Source: an uncultured delta proteobacterium (lineage in GTDB: Bacteria > Myxococcota_A > Polyangia > Polyangiales > Polyangiaceae). From it: DNA of 64,000 nucleotides. Below the pieces are notes generated by a model. The model was not told where the DNA came from and did no database searches. It was given only the letters and a program-made list of their open reading frames with translations. The stretch's first letter is position 1. Every line of letters starts with the position of its first letter. Shown piece by piece: positions 10,401-20,814 of the stretch. Location of the stretch: contig CAWAIF010000003.1 in assembly GCA_963782055.1 (NCBI GenBank), positions 4,352,001-4,416,000 of the forward strand, written 5' to 3'. A program made the translations under genes and the position numbers.

Positions 10401-10898
10401 CTACATGGCGGACGGCGCGACGGGACACTCGCCGTAGGAGAGGCGTGTCGCCCACGCGCCGATGTCATGCTGGAGCAGAGACAGCTCCGCGGACCGCGCC
10501 GCCCGGAGGACGAGGCGCGCGCCACCGGGGATCTCGGTGACCGACGCGGAGGACAGCGGAAGCGTGACGCTGCCGAAGACCCACGCCTGACCCGGCACGC
10601 CTTCGCTCATCATCATGAGCCCGCTCGGCGCGCGGTTGTGCGCCACCGCCATCGCGTTGACGCGATCGCGCAGCTCGGTCACCTCGCCGGCGGTCGTGGT
10701 GAAGTCCAGCGCGGCCTCGCCCTTGGTATCGACGAGCGCGACGCTGGCGTCCGGCACGTCCATCGGACAGGCATATCCGGCCGCCGGCCGGACCTGTGCC
10801 GCGGTGGTGGTGGTCTCGGTGCTGCCCGTCTCGGCACACCCCGCGAGCGCGGCGCCGGCGGCGAGGACCGCCGCGGCGAGGATGGTTGAAGTTCTCAT
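10401..10898 (-). CDS. Hypothetical lipoprotein
   Basis: Signal peptide with lipobox LAGC; AAGGAG RBS upstream. Confidence 0.75.
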   Translation of the reverse strand: MRTSTILAAAVLAAGAALAGCAETGSTETTTTAAQVRPAAGYACPMDVPDASVALVDTKGEAALDFTTTAGEVTELRDRVNAMAVAHNRAPSGLMMMSEGVPGQAWVFGSVTLPLSSASVTEIPGGARLVLRAARSAELSLLQHDIGAWATRLSYGECPVAPSAM

Positions 10899-11237
10899 GA
10901 CGTTCTCCTTTCGATGGTGTCGGCGCGTATCTTTTGCGACGATCTCCGTTCACACCTCCGCCCTGGCGTGGCGCGAAGGGACTGACTCGTCCGTGAGCGC
11001 GGCGCGCCTCCAGCTTGGATGGTGCGGCGCCGTCCCGATCGACGGGCGCGACGCACTGGCACTTTGGGTACATGCACCTACAGCAAGGGCCGTGCCGCCG
11101 TGCCTCGAGCGGTCAATCGCCTGCGTGCGACGAGTCGCGGCCCACCGCCGCCTCGCGGCGCAGTCGAAATGCGCACGCGAACGCAGCGCGTGCCGGGTGG
11201 ACCTGCGGCACGGACCACGCCGCCCGAGCCACGCGCG

Positions 11238-11253
11238 CGGCACGTGACGTGCA
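11238..11253 (+). promoter_or_regulatory. Putative sigma54 (-24/-12) promoter
   Basis: CGGCACG-TGAC-GTGCA matches GG-N10-GC; 25 bp upstream of the heme-protein ATG with GGAGG between. Confidence 0.55.
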
Positions 11254-11277
11254 GCCTCTGCCGCCACGGAGGCACCC

Positions 11278-11739
11278 ATGAACCGGCACGTGAGCCTGCG
11301 GAAGGTCCTGAAGGTGGGCGGCATCGCCACCGGCGCGCTGCTGCTGGTGATCCAGCTCGTGCCGTACGGCCGGGCGCACCAGAACCCGCCTGTGGTGCGG
11401 GAGCCTGCGTGGGACACGCCCGCCACGCGCGCGCTCGCCGTGCGCGCCTGCTTCGACTGTCACAGCCACCAGACGCGGTGGCCGTGGTACTCACACGTGG
11501 CGCCCGCGTCGTGGATGGTGCAGCACGACGTCGACGAGGGGCGGAGCGTGCTCGACTTCTCCGACTGGACACGCCACTACGAGGAGGCGGGCGACGCCGC
11601 GGAGGAGGTGCGGGAGGGGGACATGCCGCCGGCGACCTACCTCCTCGCGCACCCTGAGGCGCGGCTGTCGCCGGAGGAGAAGGCGGCGCTCGAGCGAGGT
11701 CTGACCGCCACGCTGAGCGCCCCGCGCGCGGCGGAGTGA
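11278..11739 (+). CDS. Heme-binding domain (cytochrome c-type) protein
   Basis: RACFDCHS CxxCH; WPWYSHVAPASW; MPP distal Met; N-terminal anchor. Confidence 0.88.
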   Translation: MNRHVSLRKVLKVGGIATGALLLVIQLVPYGRAHQNPPVVREPAWDTPATRALAVRACFDCHSHQTRWPWYSHVAPASWMVQHDVDEGRSVLDFSDWTRHYEEAGDAAEEVREGDMPPATYLLAHPEARLSPEEKAALERGLTATLSAPRAAE

Positions 11740-11769
11740 ACGGCGCGCGCGGAGCCGGATGGGCGGCCG

Positions 11770-12390
11770 TCAGCGCCGGGTGCGCCGCGACCTCGTCTCG
11801 ACCGTCGCCTTGCGCGCGCGACCCGCGCCGGGCGCCGCGGGGAGCGCGGGGCCGGCAAGACGCCGGAGCTGCGCGCGCACGTCCTTCGGCCAGCGGCGGA
11901 CGAGGGCGTCGAAGCGCGCGCCGTCGCGGGCGAAGAGCGCGCGAGACGCCTCCTCGAAGCCGGGGCGGTTGCCGGCGAGCGCCGTCATCACGCGGCTGGT
12001 CGCGTCGATCGCCATGCGCGCGCGCTCCCCTTCCGGATCGCGCTTGCGCGCCTCGTCCACGAGGCGGCGGAGCGCCGCCGAGATGCCGCTCGGCTGCGAC
12101 TCCAGCCACTCCCAGTGGCGCGGCAGCAGGGTGACCTCCCGCGCGACGACGCCCAGCCTGGGCCGGCCGGGGCCGGCGGGCACCGGCGTGGTGGCGCGAG
12201 CGACGACCTCCTCAGGCGTGCCGCGCAGGTCGAAGTCCACCTGCCGGCCGGTGTCGTCCTCGAAGAGGAGGACGAGCTGGCCGGCGTCGCGATCGTGCCG
12301 CCGCTTGGCGGCGAGCAGGACCGTGGCCAGGCTGCCAGCGGCGACGCAGGCGTCCCCGGCGAAGGCGGCGTAGGTGCGCTCGGTGTTCAT
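11770..12390 (-). CDS. DUF2239 family protein
   Basis: LFEDDTGRQVDFDLRG, GPGRPRLGVVAREVTLLPRHWEWL, GFEEASRALFA. Confidence 0.85.
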   Translation of the reverse strand: MNTERTYAAFAGDACVAAGSLATVLLAAKRRHDRDAGQLVLLFEDDTGRQVDFDLRGTPEEVVARATTPVPAGPGRPRLGVVAREVTLLPRHWEWLESQPSGISAALRRLVDEARKRDPEGERARMAIDATSRVMTALAGNRPGFEEASRALFARDGARFDALVRRWPKDVRAQLRRLAGPALPAAPGAGRARKATVETRSRRTRR

Positions 12391-12399
12391 GCCCGGAGT

Positions 12400-12464
12400 T
12401 ATACCCGGGTCATTCAGAGGGTCAATATCTCCCGGGTAATATTTCGACAAATCACCCGGGTACT
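12400..12464. promoter_or_regulatory. Three (A)CCCGGGT palindromic boxes in AT-rich context upstream of the DUF2239 gene
   Basis: CCCGGG cores at 12404, 12431, 12455 (atacccgggtca, tctcccgggtaa, tcacccgggtac). Confidence 0.6.
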
Positions 12465-12561
12465 ATTTCCGGCCCCCGCCGCCGGCGCGCCAGCCCCTCC
12501 CTCGGCCGCGGGAGGTGTCAGGAACGTCGTACGCTCCCGTCGTCACTCCCGGAGGACCCCG

Positions 12562-13158
12562 GTGCTCGATCGTCCCCAGCTCGATGCTCTCGACCGCGAC
12601 GGATACGTCGTGCTGCCCGCGGTGCTCGAGGCGAGCGTCGTGGATCGCCTGCGCGCCGCCTTCGATGGCGCCACCAGGCAGGACGCGGGCACGCAGCACG
12701 TGGTCCTCTCCGACGCCACGCCGGAGGTGGGGCTCTGGCGCGCGCTCGCCGATCACCCCGCCGTCACCTCTGCGGCCGCGCACGTGCTGGGGCGACCCGC
12801 GCGCGTGCGTGATCTGCACGGCCGCAACCCCCTCCCCGGCTTCGGCCAGCAGGGCCTGCACACCGACGCGGTGCCCCGCGCCCCCGGCGCGCCCTTCGTG
12901 GTGGTGACGGCGATCTGGATGCTGGACGACTTCACGCCGGACAGCGGCGCCACGCGCGTCGTGCCCGGCTCGCACCGCGTCGCGCGCCCCCTGCCGAAGG
13001 CGCTCGCGCAGCCGCTGGCGCACCACCGCGACGAGATCGTGATCACCGGCCGCGCGGGGAGCGTGCTCTGCTTCAACGGCCACCTCTGGCACTCCGGCCG
13101 GCGTAACCAGAGCGCCGGCCCGCGGCGCGCCGGCCAGATGCTGCTCGTCCCCGCGTGA
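12562..13158 (+). CDS. Phytanoyl-CoA dioxygenase (PhyH) family 2OG-Fe(II) oxygenase
   Basis: DGYVVL, LHTD (HxD), GATRVVPGSH, HLWHSG; GGAGG RBS before GTG. Confidence 0.88.
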   Translation: MLDRPQLDALDRDGYVVLPAVLEASVVDRLRAAFDGATRQDAGTQHVVLSDATPEVGLWRALADHPAVTSAAAHVLGRPARVRDLHGRNPLPGFGQQGLHTDAVPRAPGAPFVVVTAIWMLDDFTPDSGATRVVPGSHRVARPLPKALAQPLAHHRDEIVITGRAGSVLCFNGHLWHSGRRNQSAGPRRAGQMLLVPA

Positions 13159-13217
13159 CGCCCCTCTTCTCGCGACGCGTGGGGGGCACTGCGCTCGACC
13201 TGTGCGTACAATCCGGC

Positions 13218-13799
13218 GTGCGGCCCCTTCCGCTCGTGATCACCCTGGCGGCCCTGCTCGCCTGCAACCCGCCACCCCCGGCGCCGAGCGCCGGGCCGGT
13301 CGCCTCCGTCGGGCCCGATCCGGCCACGCCGATGGCATCGACGGCATCCGGCCCCGCGCTCTCCTCGGCGCCGATCGCGTCCTCTCCGCCGGCGTCCTCC
13401 GCCGCGCCGGGCTCCGCCGCGTCGACCAGGAAGCCGACGACCACCTTCATCTACGAGCAGGACGGCGACACCCTCTCCTTCTTCCGCCCGCGCACGCTCC
13501 GGCTGGTCCGCCACGCCGACGGCGGCACCCGCGTCTGCCAGACCGAGCTGTCGCAGTCGCAGGACAACATGTGGACCGCCGACAATCTGGAGGCCGCGCT
13601 CCGCGATCCCGACGTCGTCTCCGCGCTCGCTGCCCACGCGAGCAACACGGCGCTGGACGCGGGCCGGCTGAGCGCGGGCCGCGGTTCGATCACCTGGCAG
13701 AGCCGCTGCACCGGGTGCACGCCGGAGAAGCCTGGCGTCGAGCGCCTGCACCAGATGCTCCGCGGCGTGATGATGAACCGCCGCCTGCTATGCCCCTGA
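13218..13799 (+). CDS. Hypothetical lipoprotein
   Basis: Lipobox LLAC, Pro/Ala/Ser linker, Cys-containing C-terminal domain; start uncertain. Confidence 0.65.
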   Translation: MRPLPLVITLAALLACNPPPPAPSAGPVASVGPDPATPMASTASGPALSSAPIASSPPASSAAPGSAASTRKPTTTFIYEQDGDTLSFFRPRTLRLVRHADGGTRVCQTELSQSQDNMWTADNLEAALRDPDVVSALAAHASNTALDAGRLSAGRGSITWQSRCTGCTPEKPGVERLHQMLRGVMMNRRLLCP

Positions 13800-13817
13800 C
13801 GCTCCCGCGCGACGCGG

Positions 13818-15074
13818 TCAGGACGGCCCGAGCCCCTTCGCCCGCGCCAGGAGCAGATCGCGCTCGCGCGTGTTCTTCGCCATCGCCGCCGCGCGCTGCA
13901 GCTCGACCCGCGCCTCGTCGCGGCGGCCCAGCTTCGTCAGGAGGTCCGCCCGCACCGCCGGCAGCAGGTGGTAGGCGCGCAGCGCCGGCTCGTCGGCGAG
14001 ACGATCGACCAGCTCCAGCCCGGCGGCCGGACCGAACGCCATGGCGACGGCGACGGCGCGGTTGAGCTCGACGACGGGCGAGCCGGTGATCTCGGCGAGC
14101 GCGTCGTACAGCGCCACGATACGCGCCCAGTCGGTCTGCTCCGGCGCGGCCGCGCGCGCGTGGCACGCGGCGATCGCCGCTTGCAGCGTGTACGGACCGA
14201 GCGGCGCCCCGAGCGACTCGGCGCGGGCGAGCGCCTCCAGCCCGCGGCGGACGAGCAGCTGATCCCAGCGCCCCCGGTCCTGCTCCAGCAGCAGCACCGG
14301 CTCCCCGCCCGGGCCGACGCGGGCGCGCGCGCGAGAGGCCTGGATCTCCATGAGCGCGACCAGACCGTGGACCTCGGCCTCGCCGGGGACGAGCGCGGCG
14401 AGCACCCGGCCGAGGCGCAGGGCGTCCTCGCAGAGGGCAGGCCGCATCCAGTCCTCGCCGCGCGTGGCGGCGTAGCCCTCGTTGAAGATCAGGTAGACCA
14501 CCTCCAGCACCGACGCGAGCCGCGCGGTGAGCTCGGCACCGCGTGGCACCTCGAAGGGAACGCGCGCCTCGGCGAGGGTGCGCTTGGCGCGCACGATCCG
14601 CTGCGCAATCGTCGGCTCCGGCACGAGGAAGGCGCGGGCGATCTCCTCTGTCGTCAGGCCGCCGACGAGCCGCAGGGTGAGCGCGACGCGCGCCTCGGGG
14701 GAGAGCACCGGGTGGCACGCGCCGAGCACAAGGCGCAGCACGTCGTCGCCCACGTCCTCGTCGAGGGCCTCGGCGAGATCGCGCTGCTCCGGCGCCGGCT
14801 CACGCTCCAGCTCGTCGTGCTTGCGGTCCTGCATCCGCCGGCGGCGCAGCTCGTCGAGCGCGCGGTTCTTCGCCGCAGTCATGAGCCACGCGCCGGGGTT
14901 GTCGGGGATCCCCGACTCCGGCCACCGCTCCAGCGCGGTGACCAGCGCCTCCTGCGCGAGCTCCTCGGCGAGCCCCACGTCGCGCACCATGCGCACGAGA
15001 GCGCCGAGGAGCCGCGCCGACTCGATGCGCCAGACGGCGTCGATCGTCCGGCGCGTGGCCTCCGACGTGCTCAC
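13818..15074 (-). CDS. ECF sigma factor with long C-terminal extension (DUF6596 type, YciI-associated)
   Basis: AEELAQEAL, PGAWLMTAAKNRALD, CHPVLSPEARVALTLR, YLIFNEGY, TDWARI. Confidence 0.9.
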   Translation of the reverse strand: MSTSEATRRTIDAVWRIESARLLGALVRMVRDVGLAEELAQEALVTALERWPESGIPDNPGAWLMTAAKNRALDELRRRRMQDRKHDELEREPAPEQRDLAEALDEDVGDDVLRLVLGACHPVLSPEARVALTLRLVGGLTTEEIARAFLVPEPTIAQRIVRAKRTLAEARVPFEVPRGAELTARLASVLEVVYLIFNEGYAATRGEDWMRPALCEDALRLGRVLAALVPGEAEVHGLVALMEIQASRARARVGPGGEPVLLLEQDRGRWDQLLVRRGLEALARAESLGAPLGPYTLQAAIAACHARAAAPEQTDWARIVALYDALAEITGSPVVELNRAVAVAMAFGPAAGLELVDRLADEPALRAYHLLPAVRADLLTKLGRRDEARVELQRAAAMAKNTRERDLLLARAKGLGPS

Positions 15075-15084
15075 CGCCTGCCGC

Positions 15085-15492
15085 CTACCGGTTCGGGGTG
15101 CTGGCGAGGCCCGACACCGCCTTCCTCACGTCGGCGGGGAAGTCAGCCATCTCCTGCACCTGCCGCACCTCGATGGTCTCCGTCTCCCTGCCCGGGCAGC
15201 GACGCGCCCACTCGATGGCCTCCTCGCGCGACTTGACCTGGATCATCCAGTAGCCGCCGATCACCTCCTTCGCCTCGGCGAAGGGCCCGTCCACCACCGT
15301 GGACTTGCCGCCGGAGAAGCTCACCCGCGCGCCGGACGAGGGTGGGTGCAGCCCGTCGAGGGCGAGCAGGACGCCCGCCTTCTGGAGCTCGGCGTTGTAC
15401 TTCATCATCTCGGCGACGTGCTCGGCGTCCGGCATGGTCCCCGGCGCAGCCGCCTCGTAGCCCTTCGGGATCATCAGCATCATGAATCGCAC
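15085..15492 (-). CDS. YciI/DGPF family protein
   Basis: VVDGPFAEAKEVIGGYW motif. Confidence 0.9.
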   Translation of the reverse strand: MRFMMLMIPKGYEAAAPGTMPDAEHVAEMMKYNAELQKAGVLLALDGLHPPSSGARVSFSGGKSTVVDGPFAEAKEVIGGYWMIQVKSREEAIEWARRCPGRETETIEVRQVQEMADFPADVRKAVSGLASTPNR

Positions 15493-15510
15493 GGTCAGCC
15501 TCCTTCCCGC

Positions 15511-15969
15511 TCAGCGGCTCGCGAGCCGCGCCCGCAACTTCTCCTCCCGCGCCCTGGCCGCCGGCGTGAGCTCCTTGCCGAACTCCTCCATCTCGAAGAC
15601 GGGCCGGATCTCGATCTCCGCCCCGCCCGCGGCCTGGCTCTCGGTCGACATGTCCGACGGCATGTAGTCGCCCATGCGCCTGATCCACCGCACGGCCTCG
15701 TCCACCGACTCCACCTTCCAAATCCAGTAGCCGGCGATGAGCTCCTTGGTCTCGGCGAAGGGCCCGTCGATGACCTTGACGCCGCTCGCGGACATCTGCA
15801 CCCGCTTGCCCTTCGCGCTGGGCGTCAGCCCGTCGGCCGCGAGCAGCACGCCCGCCTCGACGAGGGCCTCGTTGAACTTGCTCATGCCCGTCAGGATCTT
15901 CTCGCTCGGCATCTTGCCCGCCTCCGAGTCGGCGCTCGCCTTCATGATCACCATCACGCGCATCGTCAT
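15511..15969 (-). CDS. YciI/DGPF family protein
   Basis: VIDGPFAETKELIAGYW motif. Confidence 0.9.
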   Translation of the reverse strand: MTMRVMVIMKASADSEAGKMPSEKILTGMSKFNEALVEAGVLLAADGLTPSAKGKRVQMSASGVKVIDGPFAETKELIAGYWIWKVESVDEAVRWIRRMGDYMPSDMSTESQAAGGAEIEIRPVFEMEEFGKELTPAARAREEKLRARLASR

Positions 15970-16247
15970 CTTCCTTCCTCTGAGGCCGGAGGTGGTCCGG
16001 CCGGGGTGACACGTACTGCGGGCCCGGTGGGCCGCGCTTCGGCATTCATGCAGACGACGAACTGGCGCCGGGCCGATCGACAGACCCCACACGATTTTCT
16101 TGCGCCGACCTGGTAGCTCCCGCCCACGGCGTAGCACGAGCTGGTGGGGGTTCACGAGCCGGGTCGAAGACCGGCCGGCGGCGATCAGCGCTCGGAGCCC
16201 TCCACGCGACCACCGGCCCCCGGCGTCGAGAAACGGCGCGCCGCGTC

Positions 16248-16670
<423 letters not shown>

Positions 16671-16686
16671 CGCCGCCGCGCCGGCG

Positions 16687-17631
16687 TCAGCCGAGCCACA
16701 GACCCACCGCGAAGAGGACGGCGTACAGCATCAGCACCTGGCCCGCCTGCGGTGTCATGGGGATGAGCTGCTCGTGCGTCCTTGCGCGAGAGACGCGCCG
16801 GGCGACGACGAGCGCGTACGGGGCCGACGCGAGCGGCGCGAGGACAACCGCCCCGAAGCCGCCCGCCGCGAAGAGCCACAGCGGCACCGCGTAGGCGAGG
16901 CCGAGCAGCAGCGCGTACTCCACCCGGCTGGCCCGCGGGCCGATGAGGACCGCGAGCGTGCGCTCGTCCTTCTCCCGGTCGAACTCCAGATCGCGGATGT
17001 TGTCGATGACCAGGATGTTGGTGGTGAGCGCGGCGATGGGGAGGCTCGCCGCGAAGCCCTCCCAGGTCACCGCGCGCGGGGCGAGCGCCATCGTCATGCC
17101 CGGCGAGCCGAGCGTCGCCGCCGCCTCCACGTAATAGGTGGCCATCACCGAGACGAGGCCGAAGAAGACGAAGAAGAGCGGGTCACCCAGGCCGAGGCGA
17201 TCCCCGAGCGGAAACGGCCCGGACGAGTAGAGGAGGCTCGCGGCGATGCTGGCGAGCCCGACGATCAGCACCGCCAGCCCGCCGACGTGCACGAGGTAGA
17301 GCCCTGCGAGCAGGGCGACGGCGTAGCAGCCTGCGATGGCCAGACGGAGCTGGCCGAAGGTGACGACGCCCTCGCGCAGCGCGCGAACGAAGTCGGGGTG
17401 CTCCAGGTCGTCGCCGTGGCGTCGCAGGTTGTTGTAGTTGTCGGTGACCACCCCGCCGAGCTGCACCAGCCACCCGGCGAGAAACGCCAGCAGCGCGGGG
17501 ACGAGCGCGAAGACGCCGTCGTGGTGCGCGAGCGCCGACGCGACCAGCACCGGGGCGGCGGCCGTCGGCAGGGTGTGGCGCGGGTACAGGAGCATGCCGC
17601 CCCAGACCTGGCGGCGAGTGACGGTCGTCAT
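16687..17631 (-). CDS. menA: UbiA-family prenyltransferase, MenA-like
   Basis: NILVIDNIRDLEFDREKDERTLAVLIG; LYSSGPFPLG; multi-TM; ATG overlaps the upstream OYE stop. Confidence 0.7.
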   Translation of the reverse strand: MTTVTRRQVWGGMLLYPRHTLPTAAAPVLVASALAHHDGVFALVPALLAFLAGWLVQLGGVVTDNYNNLRRHGDDLEHPDFVRALREGVVTFGQLRLAIAGCYAVALLAGLYLVHVGGLAVLIVGLASIAASLLYSSGPFPLGDRLGLGDPLFFVFFGLVSVMATYYVEAAATLGSPGMTMALAPRAVTWEGFAASLPIAALTTNILVIDNIRDLEFDREKDERTLAVLIGPRASRVEYALLLGLAYAVPLWLFAAGGFGAVVLAPLASAPYALVVARRVSRARTHEQLIPMTPQAGQVLMLYAVLFAVGLWLG

Positions 17632-18695
17632 GGGCATGCCGGGTAATCGGTGTAGCCGTGGGCGCCCCCTCCGTAGAACGTCGACGGGTCGGGCGCGGCG
17701 AAGGCGACGCCCGCGGCGATGCGCTCCACCAGATCGGGGTTGGCGATGTACGGGCGGCCGAAGGAGACGAGGTCCGCCTCCCCGGCCTCGATCCTGGCGC
17801 CGCCGGTCGCCGCGTCGTACCCGCCGTTGGCGACCAGGGGGCCGTGGAACCTCTCGCGCAGCGCCGGCGAGATGCGCGCGCCCGGGCCGACCGGCTCCAC
17901 GACGTGAAGGTACGCGAGGCCGAAGGCGTCCAGGGCCGCCGCGGCGTGACCGAAGGTGGCGCCGGGATCGGAGTCGCTCATCCCGCCCAGCGTGCTCACC
18001 GGCGAGAGCTGCACCCCCACGCGCCCCGCGCTCGCCTCCGCGCACACCGCGGTGACCACCTCGACGAGGAAGCGTGCGCGCCCCTCCACCGACCCGCCGT
18101 GCTCGTCCTCGCGCCGGTTGGACCCGTCGCGAAGGAACTGGTCGATGAGGTAGCCCTGCGCAGCGTGCACCTCCACCCCGTCGAACCCGGCAGCGAGCGC
18201 GCGGCGCGCCCCGGCGGCGAAGGCGTCCACCAGCCCGGCGATCTCCGTGGCCTCCAGCGCGCGCGGCACGACGAAGGGCCGCGGTCCGCTCGCCGCCTTG
18301 ACGTCCCCCGCGATCGCGATGGCGGAGGGCGCGACCGGCAGCGCGCCGCCGAGCATCTCCGGATCGGAGAACCGCCCTGCGTGCCAGAGCTGCGCGAAGA
18401 CGCGCCCGCCCTTCGCGTGCACCGCGCCGGTGACCGCGCGCCACCCGGCGACCTGCGCCTCGTCGTACAGGCCCGGGGAGCCGGGGTAGCTCGCGCCGCT
18501 CGCCGCCACGAGGCAGGCCTCGCTGACGATGAGCCCCGCGCTGGCACGCTGCGCGTAGTAGGTGGCCGCCAGCGGGCCGGGGACGTTGCCCGGGCCGGAG
18601 CGCCGCCGCGTCATGGGCGCCATCACGACGCGGTTGGGCAGGTCCAGCGTCCCCAGCCGGACCGGTCGCAGCAGCGGGTGGCTCGTCGCCTTCAT
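17628..18695 (-). CDS. Old yellow enzyme alkene reductase (NemA-like)
   Basis: NRVVMAPMTR, YYAQRASAGLI, QLWHAGR, GFDGVEVHAAQGYLIDQFL, FGRPYIANPDLV. Confidence 0.92.
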   Translation of the reverse strand: MKATSHPLLRPVRLGTLDLPNRVVMAPMTRRRSGPGNVPGPLAATYYAQRASAGLIVSEACLVAASGASYPGSPGLYDEAQVAGWRAVTGAVHAKGGRVFAQLWHAGRFSDPEMLGGALPVAPSAIAIAGDVKAASGPRPFVVPRALEATEIAGLVDAFAAGARRALAAGFDGVEVHAAQGYLIDQFLRDGSNRREDEHGGSVEGRARFLVEVVTAVCAEASAGRVGVQLSPVSTLGGMSDSDPGATFGHAAAALDAFGLAYLHVVEPVGPGARISPALRERFHGPLVANGGYDAATGGARIEAGEADLVSFGRPYIANPDLVERIAAGVAFAAPDPSTFYGGGAHGYTDYPACP

Positions 18696-18767
18696 GGTCC
18701 GGTGGATGCTAACTTTTCGCGCCGGCGGGTGCGAGCGCCGCGCGCGCCTTTGCCGTAGGCTCGGCGG

Positions 18768-19718
18768 GTGTCCGACTCGCTGCCGCGCATCGTCTTCGTC
18801 GTCGGGAAGGGGGGCGTGGGCCGCAGCACCGTCTCGACCGGGCTCGGGTTGATGCTGGCGGAGCGCGGCGAGCGCGTGCTGGTCCTGGAGTGGACGGTGG
18901 CGGAGGTGATCGCCCCGTGGTTCGACGAGCCGCCCGCGGGCACCGCGCCGGTGGAGGTGGCGCCGCGCCTCTCCGTCGCCAACTACCGGCTGGAGGAGGC
19001 GCTGCGCGCGTACTTCGTCGACCACCTGCACCTCCGGCTCTTCTACCGCCACGTCGTCGACGGGGCAGCGATGCGCCGGCTCATCGAGGCGGCGCCCGGC
19101 GTCGCCGAGCTGCTCTTCCTCGGGCAGCTCTGGTGGCTCACCTCCCTGGCCGAGAAGGAGGCCGGGCTCGCCTTCGATCGCATCGTGGTGGACGCGCCCG
19201 CCACCGGGCACGGCGCGTCGCTGCTGGACATGCCGATGACCCTCGCGTCGATGGGCGCCACCGGCCTGCTCGGCCGCGAGGTGGAGCGGGTGACCACGAT
19301 GATGCGCGACGCGGCGTGGACGGGCGCGCTCGTCGTGTCGCTGCCGGAGGAGCTCGCCGTCGAGGAGACGCTGGAGCTCGTGCCCCGCGCGACCCGCGGC
19401 ATGGGGCGCCCACCGCTCGCCCTGCTGGTCAACCGCAGCGTGACGCGGGTGATGAGCGACGAGGAGCGGCCCTCGTGGCTCGGCGCCCTCCGCGAGCACC
19501 TCTCACCCCCCGCGCGCGACGCGATCACCACGCTGCATGCCGGCCTGCGCGGGCGCGTGGTGCGCGAGGCGGGCCTGCGGCGCGCGCTCGCGGACGCCAC
19601 CCGGTGGGGGACCTTCTCCCTCGAGGAGCAGCTCGCCGTGTCGGGCAAGACGCGCCCGCGCGAGGTCGTGGAGGCGGTCGCCGCGGAGCTCGCCGGTCAC
19701 CTCGGGGGACGCGCGTGA
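18768..19718 (+). CDS. ArsA/GET3-like ATPase, subunit 1
   Basis: GKGGVGRST P-loop, AAPGVAEL, VVDAPATGH, SLPEELAVEET. Confidence 0.85.
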   Translation: MSDSLPRIVFVVGKGGVGRSTVSTGLGLMLAERGERVLVLEWTVAEVIAPWFDEPPAGTAPVEVAPRLSVANYRLEEALRAYFVDHLHLRLFYRHVVDGAAMRRLIEAAPGVAELLFLGQLWWLTSLAEKEAGLAFDRIVVDAPATGHGASLLDMPMTLASMGATGLLGREVERVTTMMRDAAWTGALVVSLPEELAVEETLELVPRATRGMGRPPLALLVNRSVTRVMSDEERPSWLGALREHLSPPARDAITTLHAGLRGRVVREAGLRRALADATRWGTFSLEEQLAVSGKTRPREVVEAVAAELAGHLGGRA

Positions 19719-20770
19719 CCGCGCGCCTGCACGTCCTGCTCGGCGCCGGCGGCGTCGGCAAGACCACCCTCGCCGCGGGCTACGCCCTCGCCCTCGCGCG
19801 GCGTGGCGGGCGCGTCGGGCTGCTGGGCATCGACCCCTCCCGTCGCCTGCAGGGCGCGCTCGGCGTGGAGCTGCCCGACGTGGAGGTGCCTGTGCCGCAT
19901 GCCGGAGAGCTGCGCGCCGCCATCCTGCGGCCGGAGAAGGCGATGCGCCGGTGGGCCGCGGCGACGTGCACGGACGCCGACGCGCGCGACAGGCTCCTTC
20001 GCAACCCCTTCTTCCTCGCGCTGGCCGACCGCCTCGCCACCGCGACCGACCTGCTGGCGGCGGTGCGCGTCGCCGAGTGGGCGGAGGACGACCCCGCGCT
20101 CGACGATCTCGTCGTCGACACCGCGCCCGGGCTCAACGCGATCGAGTTCCTCAGGCGACCGCAGCGCCTCAGCGCTTTCCTCGAGGGGCATCTCGTCGCG
20201 TGGCTGCGCCGCCTCGCCGACGCCGACCGGGGCGGTCCGCTGGGCGCGGTGCTGCGCGGCGGCGCGCGGCGTGTGGTCGGCGGGCTGGCGCGTATCGGCG
20301 GTACGCGCATGCTCCTGGACCTCGCCGACTTCCTGTCTCTCGCGCGCGATCTCTTCACGCAGATGCTCGAGCGCGTGGAGGCGATGCAGCGCTGGCTCGA
20401 GGACCCGTCGACGGAGATCGTGCTCGTCACCTCGGTGAGCGACGACGCCGCGGTCGCCGCGCGGCAGATCGGCGAGGCCCTGACGGCGGTGAACCTGGCG
20501 CCGCGCGCCACCGTGATCAACCGCGCCATGCCGCCCGGGCTGGGGAAGGAGCTGGGGCGCATTCCACAGGCGGCGCTCGGTCCCGAGGCGGAGGCGCTCG
20601 TTCGCTACGTGAAGGCGTACGCGGCGATGCAGGAGCGCGTCGTGCGCGCGGTGACGCCGCTCTCGTCGAGGGTCGTCGTCATGCCCGCGAGCCCCGGCCT
20701 GGACGAGGCGGACCGCGCCGAGGCGCTGGCGGGGCTCGGGGCGCGTCTGCTCGACGCCCTCGTGCCGTGA
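19715..20770 (+). CDS. ArsA/GET3-like ATPase, subunit 2
   Basis: GAGGVGKTT, IDPSRRL, VVDTAP; GTG overlaps the previous TGA. Confidence 0.85.
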   Translation: MTARLHVLLGAGGVGKTTLAAGYALALARRGGRVGLLGIDPSRRLQGALGVELPDVEVPVPHAGELRAAILRPEKAMRRWAAATCTDADARDRLLRNPFFLALADRLATATDLLAAVRVAEWAEDDPALDDLVVDTAPGLNAIEFLRRPQRLSAFLEGHLVAWLRRLADADRGGPLGAVLRGGARRVVGGLARIGGTRMLLDLADFLSLARDLFTQMLERVEAMQRWLEDPSTEIVLVTSVSDDAAVAARQIGEALTAVNLAPRATVINRAMPPGLGKELGRIPQAALGPEAEALVRYVKAYAAMQERVVRAVTPLSSRVVVMPASPGLDEADRAEALAGLGARLLDALVP

Positions 20771-20814
20771 CCGCGCCCGGCGTGCAGGCCAGCGGGCGCC
20801 CGGCGGCGCGGCCC

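Noticed and set aside
18768..20770. Arsenic resistance operon
   Set aside because: No arsB, arsC, arsR or arsD nearby and no evident metalloid-binding Cys cluster
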